A stretch of 64,000 nt of DNA, taken from positions 71,176,001 to 71,240,000 of the forward strand of contig NC_042998.1 in the NCBI RefSeq assembly GCF_006345805.1, read 5' to 3'. The position numbers and the translations under genes were made by a program. Of the stretch, positions 51,310 to 63,973 are shown piece by piece (position 1 is the stretch's first letter; every line of letters begins with the position of its first letter). The notes beneath the pieces were generated by a model that did not search any database, had not been told where the DNA came from, and worked only from the letters and a program-made list of their open reading frames with translations. The stretch is from Octopus sinensis. Its lineage: Eukaryota.

Positions 51310-54000
51310 CTACTTTGATGATGAGCAGCGTCTGCTGTGACTGAACAGTCCAATTCTAGAGTGACAGTCCCTGGTACAGTTGCTGCACACGAACATCGAT
51401 GGGTACGTGTGGGGTGTTGCTGCAGTTGTCCTCCTCCTGTCCCGCCTGTCCGACCACAGCTGTGCTCCCCTTTCCTCAGCCTTGGAAACGCCTTTCCTCA
51501 CTGTCCGACGCCAGGCAGAGCGGTCAGCAGCTGTTATCTCCCACGTGTCCACACAGATGTTGGCAGTCCTCAGGTCGCGCTTGCACACATCCCTGTATCG
51601 TAGCTGTGGACGTCCCTTGGGTCGGGATCCCGTGGTGAGTTCGCTGTACAGGATGTCTTTAGGCATGCGACCGTCCTGCATGCGGCAGACGTGTCCGAGC
51701 CAGCGCAGTCGTCTCCGCACGAGGAGGGCATGCATGCTTGGCATATTAGTCTGTTCTAGGATGACTCCGTTTGGTACTCGGTGCTTCCAGGAGATGCCAA
51801 GGATCCGTCGAAGACACCGCATGTGGAAGCCGCTGAGGCGGCATTCTTGCCGGGTGTATGTTGTCCAGCTCTCGCTACCGTAGAGTAGGGTGCTCAGCAC
51901 GCAGGCTCGGTACACTGCGATCTTGGTGGTTATTGTGAGCATGTTGTTTTCCCACACTCTCCTGGAGAGCTTAACCATGGCAGCAGCAGCCTTCCCAATC
52001 CGTCTGTTCAGCTCCAGCTCGAGGGACAGGCTGCTGGAGACCGTCGATCCCAGGTAAGTGAACTCGTTCACCACCTGCAAGCTGTGGTCGCCGACACTGA
52101 TGCTGGGGACCCCTCCGACGTCCTGGCCCATGTTCTCTCTCTTTTTCAGGCCGATGGTAAGGCCGAACTCTTGGCAGGCATCCGCCATGGAGCTGACCAG
52201 CCTCTGGAGACCCGGCTGGTTGTGTGATGTTAGGGCGGCATCGTCAGCAAAGAGGATCTCTCTGATCAGCACCTGACGGACTTTGGTCTTAGCTCTGAGG
52301 CGCGCAAGATTGAACAACCCACCATCAGCCCTGGTGTGGAGGAACACTCCGTCGTCGGACGTTCTGAAGGCATAGAACAGGACAAGGGAGAAGAAAATTC
52401 CGAAGAGCGTCGGCGCCAGAACGCAACCCTGTTTCACTCCACTCTGGATGGGGAACGACTCCGAGGGCGATCCGTCAAACTGCACTGTTCCCTGCATACC
52501 GTCGTGAAAGGAGGTGATGAGTTTCAGCAGTCTGGGAGGGCAACCTATCCTACACAGGAGCGCAAACAGCCCCTCCCTGCTGACTGAGTCGAACGCCTTA
52601 GCCAGGTCGATGAAGGCCACGTATAGGGGCTGCCTCTGTTCTCGACTCTTTTCTTGAAGCTGCCTGAGTGAGAAGATCATGTCGATTGTAGACCTCTCTG
52701 CCCTAAAGCCAGACTGAGACACGAGGTACACACGCTCTGCAAGCATTTGCAACCTCTTCAGGACCACCCTGGCAAATGTCTTACCGACAGTGCTGAGCAG
52801 TGGTATGCCCCTGTAATTATTACAGTCGCTTATGCCCCTTTTGTTTTTATACAGTGTGATGATGTTTGCGTCACGCATATCCTTAGGGACAGAGCCCTCC
52901 TCCCAGCACTGACAGAGCAGCTCGTGGAGATGGCCCAGAAGGGCTGGCTTTCCGCACTGGATGACTTCTGCGGTGATGCCGTCTTGCCCTGGTGCCTTGC
53001 CCCGAGCGAGTGAGTCAATTGTTTTGCTCAGTTCTTCCTTTGTTGGAGGCAGGTCAAGCAACTCCATGACAGGCAGAGCAGGAATGCCGGCGAGGGCAGA
53101 CCTGGTGACCACATTCTCAGTGGAGTAGAGGTTCTGGTAATGCTCGACCCACCTCTCCATCTGCTTCGCTTGGTCCTTGATGACATCGCCATCCCTGGAC
53201 TTCAGTGGAGCAACCTTGCTGACAGTGGGCCCGAATGCTTTCTTCATCCCCTCGTACATCCCTTTCACGTTACCACTGTCAGCACAGCACTGGATGTTCT
53301 GGCATAAGTTCTGCCAGTAGATGTTGGCGCAACGTCTGGCCGTCCTCTGGGCGTCGCTTATGGCTGTTCTCAGAGTAGCCAGGTTCTTTTCTGATGGGTC
53401 GCGCTTATAGTTGACCAGTGCTTCCCTCTTGGCAGCAATGACAGGCTCCATCTCAGGCAGGTGAGCTTCAAACCAGTCTTGATTTCTCCGCTCCCTCTTT
53501 CCTAGGGATGACATGGCTATTCTGCAAGTGGTGTCGCGAATAAGCTGCCATCTCTCCTCGATGGACGTGGCTGCGTGATCTTTAAGGGCCTCCTCCATGC
53601 GGTTGGTGAATTCCGAGCGGATGTCGGGGTTGGTTGTCCTGGCGGTGTTGATGCGTGGGCGGCTTTTCCCTACGGGACGGCGGATTTTCTTTGGGGCCAA
53701 TCGGACCCTGCTGCACATCAGAGAGTGGTCTGTATCACAGTCAGCACCATGGTAGCTGCGTGTGAGAAGCACACTGCCGAGGTGGGCTCGCCGGGTGATG
53801 ACCATGTCCAGTTGGTGCCAGTGTCCGGACCTTGGGTGCCTCCATGAGACCTGGTGTTGTGGCTTAGTCACGAAGAATGCGTTGGTAACGCAGAGTTTCC
53901 GGTAAGAGCAAAGCTCCAACAGTCTCTGACCATTCTCATTCATCTTCCCCACGCCAAAGCGTCCAAGGCAATCTGGCCATGCCCCATGATCGGATCCCAC
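51310..54000 (-). CDS. RTE ORF: C-terminal endonuclease half, reverse transcriptase and zinc finger (896 aa, stop-free)
   Basis: KAPGQDGI, NYRGIPLL, SQSGFR, AFIDLAKAFDSV, GVKQGCVLAPTLF, ILFADDAAL, FTYLGS, RRLRWLGHV, CSNCTRDCHSRIGLFSHSRRC. The true ORF starts near 54560 but is frameshifted upstream of 54117. Confidence 0.9.
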   Translation of the reverse strand: MGSDHGAWPDCLGRFGVGKMNENGQRLLELCSYRKLCVTNAFFVTKPQHQVSWRHPRSGHWHQLDMVITRRAHLGSVLLTRSYHGADCDTDHSLMCSRVRLAPKKIRRPVGKSRPRINTARTTNPDIRSEFTNRMEEALKDHAATSIEERWQLIRDTTCRIAMSSLGKRERRNQDWFEAHLPEMEPVIAAKREALVNYKRDPSEKNLATLRTAISDAQRTARRCANIYWQNLCQNIQCCADSGNVKGMYEGMKKAFGPTVSKVAPLKSRDGDVIKDQAKQMERWVEHYQNLYSTENVVTRSALAGIPALPVMELLDLPPTKEELSKTIDSLARGKAPGQDGITAEVIQCGKPALLGHLHELLCQCWEEGSVPKDMRDANIITLYKNKRGISDCNNYRGIPLLSTVGKTFARVVLKRLQMLAERVYLVSQSGFRAERSTIDMIFSLRQLQEKSREQRQPLYVAFIDLAKAFDSVSREGLFALLCRIGCPPRLLKLITSFHDGMQGTVQFDGSPSESFPIQSGVKQGCVLAPTLFGIFFSLVLFYAFRTSDDGVFLHTRADGGLFNLARLRAKTKVRQVLIREILFADDAALTSHNQPGLQRLVSSMADACQEFGLTIGLKKRENMGQDVGGVPSISVGDHSLQVVNEFTYLGSTVSSSLSLELELNRRIGKAAAAMVKLSRRVWENNMLTITTKIAVYRACVLSTLLYGSESWTTYTRQECRLSGFHMRCLRRILGISWKHRVPNGVILEQTNMPSMHALLVRRRLRWLGHVCRMQDGRMPKDILYSELTTGSRPKGRPQLRYRDVCKRDLRTANICVDTWEITAADRSAWRRTVRKGVSKAEERGAQLWSDRRDRRRTTAATPHTYPSMFVCSNCTRDCHSRIGLFSHSRRCSSSK

Positions 54001-55031
54001 CCTTGCGTTGAAGTCGCCCAGAAGGAAGATGGGCTCCGACCCTGGTATCTGGCTGATGGTGGCGTCGAGCTCCTCATAGAACCGGTCTTTTATTTCCTGA
54101 GGAGAGTGGAGTGTTGGGCATAAGCACTAATTATGTTTACCTTCCCCGTTGATGTTGCAAGGCCAGAGTGAGGATGCGCTCTGAGCCATTTGAAGGAGGG
54201 ATCGCCATGGGGAGCAAGCTGTTCCTCACGGCAAACCCCACGCCATGCTGGCGGGCCTCCTCGACGGGTTCCCCTGCCAGTAGAAGGTGTAGTCCTTCTC
54301 CCGTAGCATGCCGTCTGCGGCGAGCCTGGTCTCTTGCAGCGCCGCTATGTCGATGTTCAGCCTTTTCAGTTCGGTGTGATGACTGCTGTCTTCCTACTGT
54401 CGTTCATCTGTCGTAGATCGTCAATGATGCCAGGGCACATGGTCCTGACATTCCAGGTGGCCAGTCGCAAGACTGGTGACTGGGTATTTGTTTTTCCTTT
54501 GTTTGCTGGTGCAGGGTTTTCAGTCTGCTTTTCAGATTTTGTCCTAGCTCCAAGCACCCATTGGAGCGGGCAGTCTGTGGCGGGTCAGCACCATTATTGG
54601 CCGGGGGCTGCCCAGCTTAAGGCGGGCGGTAGCTGACCAGTGGGACTTCAATGATCCCCCCCACCGTTAGAGACGGCCCGTAGCGCCCGAGATTACGCCA
54701 ATTCACCCTGGCCATCTCAGCTTGTTCCATCGATGGAGTAGTTTCTCCATGGCGCAAGCCTGGGCGGTAGGAACGAAGACACTGGGCTGCCCAGACACCA
54801 GAATCTCCCTCTCGGCCCCCCCGGACATAATCTAAAGGAATGCAGTGCAGTACGTTTGGAGTCTGGTTGGCTGCAGGAGTTGCCGGAAAAGGGTCGAGAT
54901 TCGACACCCTACCGCCTTCGGGGCTCCACTCCGGATTTTCTGTCTGGGTTTACTCCCATAGCCTTTCCCTCTCCCAAGAGCATCCGCAAGGCAGCGGAGC
55001 GAGGGTTTGGAGTCAGAGTTTTCCTTCTCCT

Positions 55032-55079
55032 AGACTGGCTGCCAACCAAGGCTAACGAGCCCAGTCTGCCCACCTGGTT
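55032..55079 (-). ncRNA. Candidate minimal (P4-less) HDV-like ribozyme in the RTE 5' UTR
   Basis: Reverse complement AACCAG gtgggc AGACTG GGC tcgtta GCC TTGGTT GG cagc CAGTCT gives the nested order P1-P2-P3-L3-P3'-P1'-GG-J-P2'. Confidence 0.35.
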
Positions 55080-55387
55080 ATACCGCCAAGCACCCGGTCG
55101 CGCCACACAGCAGGCTCAGTGAGAACAGGGGGTACCGCGTGAAGGTGCTGCTGGGGACACAGTAGTGCAGGAGAGGCCATAAGCAAGAACTTTCCACAAG
55201 GCGCAGCCAGGTAGAAGTTCTGCAGCGATCATTACACCTGGAGAGGAGAGGCTATGAGAGACGCAATCACTTTCCTTTGCCCCCTTATATATACATATAC
55301 AAATACATATATATGTACACAGGCAAAATTGATAGAGATCACAATTTGTATGTTTGTACGTATGTATGTATGTATGTATGCATGATG

Positions 55388-55457
<70 letters not shown>

Positions 55458-55739
55458 TGTGTGTGTGTGTGTGTGTCTATAATTAAGAGAATAACGTCTA
55501 TTAAGTAATTCAATTAATAAATTAATGTTTATTTAATTCAGTGATTTTTAGAATAATATTTATTATAGTATATTAAAATTTTTTCTATATAATATGGATA
55601 ATGTCTAGAGGTTATTTCTCTTAATTATATACATTTATATAATTATATATTGTGAAATTTGATTTAGAATTGCTAAATTGAATTTTTCTCTATAAGTTTG
55701 GAATTATATTCCCTATATATATATATGTATATATATATA

Positions 55740-56897
55740 TTCAGATGAATTAGTTTCTTAAGTTGAAGCACTAAGGTAGTGCGGTGTTATCCGTACAACT
55801 TCAAAATAAGGTGAATAAGAATCAAACTAAGCTACAGGATATCCAGAGGTGATGCAGTACGACCGTCTCAAGCGGCTCCATTTAATTGAACATGCAATCA
55901 ATGTATTGATTTAAATACAGGGCTATCCTCAGATGCATATATAAATAAATAGAATTTTAAAAATCAGTCGGACAAATTTGTACCTTAGAAATTTATATTA
56001 GCTTTTATATAATAGCACCGGTATCTTCACAGCTTATAATATACCTCTTAGTTTATAATAAATATATAGTTAGCATGTTCTATCGCCCCAGTATTCTTTG
56101 AGTAAATGCCAGTTATCAGACCTTATATATGCCACTAAATAAATAAATAATTAAGCATATGAATGAAAATTAAACTAATTCTATGTAATTTTTCTCTCTA
56201 TATTGTTGAAAATGTTGGTATATATTCAAAGTTATTCAAAATTTATCTTTTCGGTTATAATATGTTTTCTTGATAACACTAAATTTTCTCCTTATATAAT
56301 ATAACAATATTGTTTAAATCAATCTCCTATAATAACCCCATGATAAAATTTCCTCTGTATTATCATCATTGGTTTTATTAGCATCTTTCCCATTTAAATA
56401 GTAATTAACATCTTGATTTGAGGTCTTCCGCTACCCAACCTCATTATAGCCATTACTTCATACTACTTCAAAATAATCTTGACAAGTTTTATGACTATAC
56501 CCACTATGATTCTGTCAACACCCTCATGTCCTTTCCTAACAGACACTATTCTCCAGTCTTAGATTTGATATACAAAGATTTGATAAACAAGACTAATATA
56601 TTAAAACTGAACCAAAATCATTGACAAGCCATGATCCAAACAGATTTTTCCTGATGTCTTAGAAACTTCTAAAATGAAGTGTCAACAGTATGGACTTTGT
56701 CTTCTTACCATTTTAGAAGATTTAAGTAAAATTATACAAATGTGTCGGAGTGATTAAAAAATTCTACTAACTTATTTGCGCTCCTGAGGATAGCCCTGGA
56801 ATTTAACTTTGATGTAATGATTGTAAGAGTGTTCAATTAAATGGAACCACTTGAAACGGTCGTACTGCATCACTTCTGGATATCCTGTTTCTTATTT

Positions 56898-56900
<3 letters not shown>
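55740..56900. mobile_element. Non-autonomous DNA element with long inverted repeats, superfamily unassigned
   Basis: 55835-~55983 vs ~56735-56887 are diverged reverse complements (CAGGATATCCAGAGGTGATGCAGTACGACCGTCTCAAG / CTTGAAACGGTCGTACTGCATCACTTCTGGATATCCTG); TCAAAATAAG and CTTATTTTGA extend the match; both outer ends abut (TA)n. Confidence 0.75.
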
Positions 56901-56944
<44 letters not shown>

Positions 56945-56962
56945 ATATATATATCAATGTGA

Positions 56963-57035
<73 letters not shown>

Positions 57036-57092
57036 GAAGAAGAAGAGAAGAAGAAGAGAAGAAGAAGAAGAAGAAGAAGAGAAGAAGAGAAG

Positions 57093-57124
<32 letters not shown>

Positions 57125-57195
57125 GAAGAAGAAGGAGAAGGAGAAGGAGAAGGAGAAGAAGGAGAAGGAGGAGAAAGAGAAGAAGGAGAAGAAGA
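56900..57195. repeat. (TA)n-(AAT)n-(AAG)n compound array
   Basis: Directly visible. Confidence 0.95.
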
Positions 57196-57199
57196 ATTG

Positions 57200-58425
57200 A
57201 AATAAACAGTAGTGTGTCCAAAACAGGCAGAGCTAGTCATTTCAGTTAGGGAAGTGAAGGAAATCAGCAAAAAAAAAGAGCATTTAGAAGGCCCGGAGAC
57301 CATATGGAGTGCAAGGCTACTGGATTAAATGATTTGGTGAATGTCATGTACGAATAGCTGTGCAACACAACACCTTGTTAAACGCCGACCAAATAACACC
57401 AGGGTGATTGACATTGGGCAGGACAGAGCCGTGCCTGAAAAACATCAAAAAAGGCAATACGATAAACAATTACAGGCCTTTATCCTGCTTGCCACTTATA
57501 TGGATGTTATTGACTTGAATACTCGCAGATTCAATGTTCGAACATCTGCCACATGAGCAGAAGGGTTGCAAGCGTAAGTGCAGAGGTCCAAGGATCAACT
57601 CCTGATAGACAAAACTGTACTTAGAGACTGCAAGAAGAGGAAAAGTAACTTAGCCATATCGTGGATCAACTATCGTAAGGCGTAGGATATGATCCCACAT
57701 TCTTAGATTATGGAGTGTATGAACCTATTCGGTACTGCATCGAATGTTGAGCGATTGCTTGGAAAAAGTATGGTGATTTGGATGACGGACCTGACAGCAT
57801 GCGGAAGAAGTTTAGGGACAGCAGAAATTAGGAGGGGCATCTTCCAAGGGGGCTGCCTGTCCCCACTGATCTTTGTACTGTGCTTGATACCACTAACGCA
57901 GATTCTGAGAAAAGCAAATGCTGGGTATGTATTCAAAAGCCGCCAACAAAAAGTCAGCCATTTGTTATTCATGGATGACCTCAAACTTTATGGTAAAGAT
58001 GAAGCCCAAATCAGTTCCCTCGTTGTTATGGTGTATACCTTCATTGATGATATCAGAATGGAGTTGGGACTGAGAAAGTGTGAGTGTTAGTCTGGAAGAG
58101 AGGCAAAATCAAATGTATAGCCGAGCTAATGATACCATCGGGGGAGGTTATGAAGCAGACAGAAGAGACGGGCTATAAGTACTTGGGGATTTTGGAAATG
58201 GAAAAATTGATGTAGAAAGAAATGACAGAAAAATTTAAAGTGTAGTATTTGCGCAGACTGAAACTGATACTTAAGTCGAAATTAAATGGACGGAATAAGA
58301 TCGAAGCTATCAACACCTGAGCGGTTTCACTCTTTGATATGGAGCAGGTGTACTCGCATGGATAGTAGATGAACTAAACAACTTAGACAGAAAGACAAGA
58401 AAGTTACTAATTAGATATGGTCACT
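57200..58425 (+). mobile_element. R4/Dong-clade LINE, decayed RT domain
   Basis: [92 protein letters not shown]. Confidence 0.9.
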
Positions 58426-58572
58426 CCACCAATAATAATAATAGCAGTTGTTGTAGTCTTCGTACTTCATAGGCTCTCCTTTTTTGAGATTTTCGATGAA
58501 ATTTATATATTTAACCTAAACAACTGCAATGCCTTTGTATCTGATAAGCTTATAATGATATTAGTCGTTGTC

Positions 58573-58778
58573 AAGGCGGCTAGTTGAACGAATCGTTAAC
58601 ACGCCATAACAAATTGCTTAGCAGCAATTTATCTTCTCGTTGCATTCTAAGTTTAAATTCCGTCGAGGTCGACTTTACATTTCATCATTTCGTGGTTGAT
58701 AAATTAAGTACCAGTCAAGCGTTGTGGTCCATGTGATCGACTAGCACCCTTCCCCAAAATTTCAGGTCTTGTGCATAT
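58573..58778 (+). mobile_element. SINE (22942 family)
   Basis: AAGGCGGCTAGTTGAACGAATCGTTAACAC..AAATTCCGTCGAGGTCGACTTTACATTTCATCATTTCGTGGTTGATAAATTAAGTACCAG. Confidence 0.7.
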
Positions 58779-59972
58779 ATCTTCGAATAATCTCCATATA
58801 TGTATGATGATCCGTATAAAGTTCCTCAACCCCTTAAGTCATTCCTTGGATGATTCTGTTTTGATATTCTCTCCTCAATCTTTTGTACAAGCAACATCAT
58901 ATTTAAGTAGGTGTCATCTCAGGAAATCATGAGATAAAACTATACTGCACGACATGGGAGCCAAATCAACACATCATAACTTTGCTTTGAAAACATGTAT
59001 TATGTCAATCTGAAGAAACTTTATAATTCTTTCTAATTATCTCTTTTGTTAATACTATCATAATCCAAACACCAAAAGCCAAACCACCAAACAACAACGA
59101 AAAAGCAAAAAACAAACAATACCATTGTCACTAATACTCATTAGGTCGTTTTCAATAACAAAGTACGGCTGATTGGATGGTAAAAAAGAAATGAAGAAAT
59201 AATTATAAATGTATTTCTCCATCGTCTTTAGAATAAATATCACTACCAGATATATACAGCACCAAGAATAATACCAACACAACCATAACCAACACCACAA
59301 ACATTGCTGCAATCAACATTACCTTCATCATCTCCACCACAATTGCAAAAAGTGAAATTTACACACACAAAATAAAAAAAAATATTGTAACAAAAGAGAT
59401 TGTATGCACGAATAAAAACTTCTCAAATATAAAATGCTATAAAATAGCTTTCTTATCTTCTGGCGTTGAACACAGAATTACTCATAAACGGATGGCATCA
59501 ACTAATTTTAGAAACATTCTTTCACTTAATCGCCCAATGGAATCGTAAATTGTGGTCATTTCTGTCGCATTGTGATGTATTTTTCTTAATGCAGTTACTT
59601 TCAGCCTAATTAAACAAATACAAGTCATGAAATAAAATCAGCGATAAATGCAAAGAAATGTTAATAAAGTAATAAAAAAAAAGAAACGCATTCAGGTTAA
59701 TATATTTATCAAAGTAGAATATTTCCATTTCTGCAGGAGGAAAATATATTTAAAAAAAAAATCAATAAAACATAAAAAAGTAAATTAAGAAGACTATAAT
59801 AAAGAAAGGTGAAACAAAAGTCGAAGATAAAATGTGCTATCATCAACAATAACTTATTAACAAAATTAAATGTTATTTTTCTAATCTATTATCAACGTAA
59901 TTACTATTTTCATTATTATTGACATTATTATTATCAACGTCATAAGTATTGTTTTTATTTCGTTTCTGATAT

Positions 59973-60010
<38 letters not shown>

Positions 60011-60786
60011 TGTATGTATGTATGTCTGTAAATATACATATAATAATATTGTATATTATATACATACATACATACATACATGCATACATATATACATATA
60101 TAGATTATATATATATATATATATATATAATTATATATACATATATATACATATATTATATATTATAAATATATATATATATATATATTATATATATTAT
60201 ATATATATATATATAGATATATATATATAATATATATTAATATATACACATACATACAACAAAACAACGTATCAGTCTCGGAGGCAAATTAATTAACTGA
60301 ACAGCCTGAAAGCCAGCTGAACAATTTTTTTTTTATAAGTTCATTTAAATGCATAAAAGAGACAATTTCACTTAATTTCAAACACACACATTTCTTAATC
60401 ATGTACAGTGCTACACATGTAGAACGATAGTAAACACATACTCGTATGTAAGTAAACGAAACACAATTAATTACGCAGGAAACCTACGCACAAATATACA
60501 AAAAGAAATGTACATACGGCTAAATTAGCTAATCAAGACCTTATATCATAATGTTTTAATGAACACAATTGTTCGTGTCGTGGTTTTATATTAATACAGT
60601 CCGGATGTTGTTTTAGAAATATGACTCATACACACACAGACACACACAAGTTCACAAACACACGTATGTTTAAATATATATTTTAGATTTTCATATAATC
60701 ATATATGTACATATAATCATATGTGCTTAAACATGTGCACGTATCATACAAGCCTGCATCATGTACTTGTATAAACACACACAGAG

Positions 60787-60827
<41 letters not shown>

Positions 60828-61534
60828 AATATATTCGTACATATATATGTATATATATATCCATATATATGTATGAATGTGTATATATATATACATACGC
60901 GCACACACTTGTATATGTATGAGTGTATCCATCTATCTATCTATCTATCTATATATAGACATATATACATGCATTCATACATATACATACACACACACGC
61001 ACTCACGCATTCACACAACACACGTATAGTTGCATATATGCAAGCAAGCAATTTCACATTGTTGCATACAGTATAGAGAGTTTATAAGTAATTTGACGCA
61101 AACAGTCTGTTTGTATCTTCCTGTAAGACTTCTGAAAAGTTATATAAAACATCTTACAACCACTTTGTATGCATACCTGTATGCATGTGCATGTATACAT
61201 AAAATATGTGAAAGTCCGTACGTATATATATGTATACACATTGAAATTGCATACATATTTATGGATATGCATAGAATGTACAACTTCAGCCTAAACTTTT
61301 TTTGCTATAGAAACAAATGCAACATTTTGTTTCTTTTTCCTCCTCAACATCAAAAAATTATGATGAGTATATAAGAAAAAGACAACAAAAACACGAATAG
61401 GCCAGATACACATATATGTCGCTTTCAATAATGTCGACATTTATGTACACATACTTACATATATTTATACGTGTATACATACGTGTGTACATATGTATAT
61501 ATATGGATATGTATATATATATATATGTATATAT

Positions 61535-61608
<74 letters not shown>

Positions 61609-61626
61609 GTATGTATATATATATAT

Positions 61627-61675
<49 letters not shown>

Positions 61676-62110
61676 TATATACACATATATACATATGCAT
61701 GAATTTTTACGCAATTACACAGATACTATTTCTAAATGCATACATATGTATGCACACACACATACGTACACACAGACACATATATACCTGTATTATACAT
61801 ACATTATTTCCTAAAAAAGTATAACATATATTTGTATGCCACTATACATATACACACACAAACACACACATACACACAAACACACACACGAAAAACGCAC
61901 ATATACACATGTGTCATGTGTGATGTGTGATGTGTGGCTCTGAAGCCACAACTAATGCCGGATATATGAAATGTAATATGCACACATATAGATACATTTA
62001 TATGGTTTGTAATTTTCAGTTTGTTTAGAAACTGAGAAATCATACGAGGAAAATTTGTCAATTCTTTATGTATATATATATATGTCTCTCTACTTGTTTA
62101 TATCTGTTAA

Positions 62111-62211
<101 letters not shown>

Positions 62212-62223
62212 TATATATATATA

Positions 62224-62816
62224 GGACAAAAAGACAGTTATGTCGGAGATGATGCTCAAAGCAAGAGAGGTATTCTTACCTTGAGGTACCCCATTGAACA
62301 CGGTATTTTTACCAACTAGGATGATATGGAAACGATCTGGCATCATAAATTCTACAATGTGTTGAGACTTGCACCCGAAGAGTACCCTGTCTTGTTGACT
62401 GAGGATCCTCATAATCCCAAAAGCAACAGAGAAATGATGACCCAAATTATGCTAGAAACCTTCAGCACTCACGCCATGAAAGTGACTATTCAAGCAGTAT
62501 TGTCCCTATATGCTCCCGGTCGAACCACAGGTACTGTTCTTGATTCAGGTGATGGTGTCACCATCTATGAACGTGACGCCATGCCTCATGCTATCATGCG
62601 TCTTGATCTTGCTGGTCGTGACTTGACAGATTACCTGATAAAATATTAACCGAACGTGGCTACTCTTTCACCACTACTGCTAGAGGGAATTTGTCCGTGA
62701 CATCAAAGAGAAGCTGTTATGTTGCTCTAGACTTTGAACTGGAAATGCAATCTGCAGCCTCCTTTTCATCTTTGGAAAAGAGTTATGAATTAGCTGACGG
62801 ACAAGTCATCACCATC
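62224..62816 (+). pseudogene. act: Actin pseudogene fragment (about residues 48-250), intronless
   Basis: [59 protein letters not shown]...LDSGDGVT[HTVP missing]IYE...[11 protein letters not shown]; frameshifts before [13 protein letters not shown] and CYVALDFE; ends [14 protein letters not shown]. Confidence 0.95.
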
Positions 62817-63070
62817 TGCGAATATTCCATGTATCGTGTCTTTGTCTATATTTCTCGTATGTTAAGTCTTCGTGTAGTTTCCCGTTTGCTCTGCTTTCGT
62901 CTAACAATTTTTCCTTATTGTGATATGTCTGTTCAACCCTTCATACGTCCCTATAGCGCAACGCACAACCTATTTGTTTACTTTATTGGTATCAACAGTT
63001 CCTTAACAATCTTTACACTTAATCTATCGCTTTCTCCACTCTTTACACTTAATCTATCGCTTTCTCTCTT
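62817..63070. mobile_element. Interspersed repeat abutting the actin fragment, tentatively a Penelope-type terminal-repeat piece
   Basis: Abrupt switch to TGCGAATATTCCATGTATCGTGTCTTTGTCTATATTTCTCGTATGTTAAG..., recalled as a cephalopod repeat; ends in a ~27-30 bp duplication (TCTTTACACTTAATCTATCGCTTTCTC x2). Family assignment unverified. Confidence 0.3.
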
Positions 63071-63815
63071 TTCGCCCTTACTTGCATCCCTTGTACCTCT
63101 CCCTTCTTTCTCTGTCGACCTTTCTTTCTGTTCTCTTTCTTTCTACCTCTACTCTTACTCTATGTTTTTCTCCACTCTTACTCTATCTTCTCACACTTGC
63201 ATGCCTCCCTTTTACCTTTCTCCTCACTCTCTTTCACACTGTTTCTGGCTAGGCTTGAAAAAGGCGCATAAATATATATATACATACGCGCGATATAAGT
63301 ATTATACCTTTCCGACACATTGATAAAGATAAATCAACCAAGTCGGCCAGCTATGTATGGTACTGAAGAACAAGTGCACACTGCATGCAATTAATTGGAA
63401 TATTTTTGAGAAATCTATGCCTTATATAAATATAAAATTTCTTTTGCTGAACTGGAAGAAAGGATCCTCTCTGTAGTGGGTGGCTCTCTGAGAGTTTGAC
63501 GCCCTCTCTGTCATATTATCCTACTCCAGCTGGATTAATTATGATATCTACGGACAAACGGGACCATAATCTTTGTTTTCTTCCGTTTGTTTTCTTTCTT
63601 CTCGTTCCACACTTTGCTATCGCCTTCTTCGTGCTTTTTCCTCCCATTTCTTTTCATATTTTCTGAAAGAGCATCGTCCGGGTTTTCAAATTTTCAACTA
63701 AGTGTAACAGCAGGCACTGATCCTGAACCATTTCCTAAAAGTACATGGTATGTTATATAAATCCGTCAAAGTATTGTATTTCTACACCATAAATCTCCTT
63801 GTAGCTCTGCTTTAA

Positions 63816-63817
<2 letters not shown>

Positions 63818-63875
<58 letters not shown>

Positions 63876-63915
63876 TATATACATATATATATACATATAT
63901 ATATACATAAATACA

Positions 63916-63973
<58 letters not shown>

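Larger units (their letters stand above)
51258..55288 (-). mobile_element. RTE-clade LINE, apparently full length
   Basis: GC-rich 5' UTR (~54560-55288); AP endonuclease (LATWNVRTM, DIAALQETRL, HGVGFAV, ISAYAPT, LLGDFNARVG, DCDTDH); RT; C-terminal C2H2-like finger; 3' end CCATTGTCTATCAAGACAGACGG followed by (GAA)3. Confidence 0.95.

Noticed and set aside
51337-55122. Plus-strand ORFs overlapping the RTE
   Set aside because: Antisense shadows of a GC-rich coding element.
62691-63323. 210-aa ORF downstream of actin
   Set aside because: Chimeric: a frameshifted actin piece reading into a repeat and a pyrimidine-rich tract.
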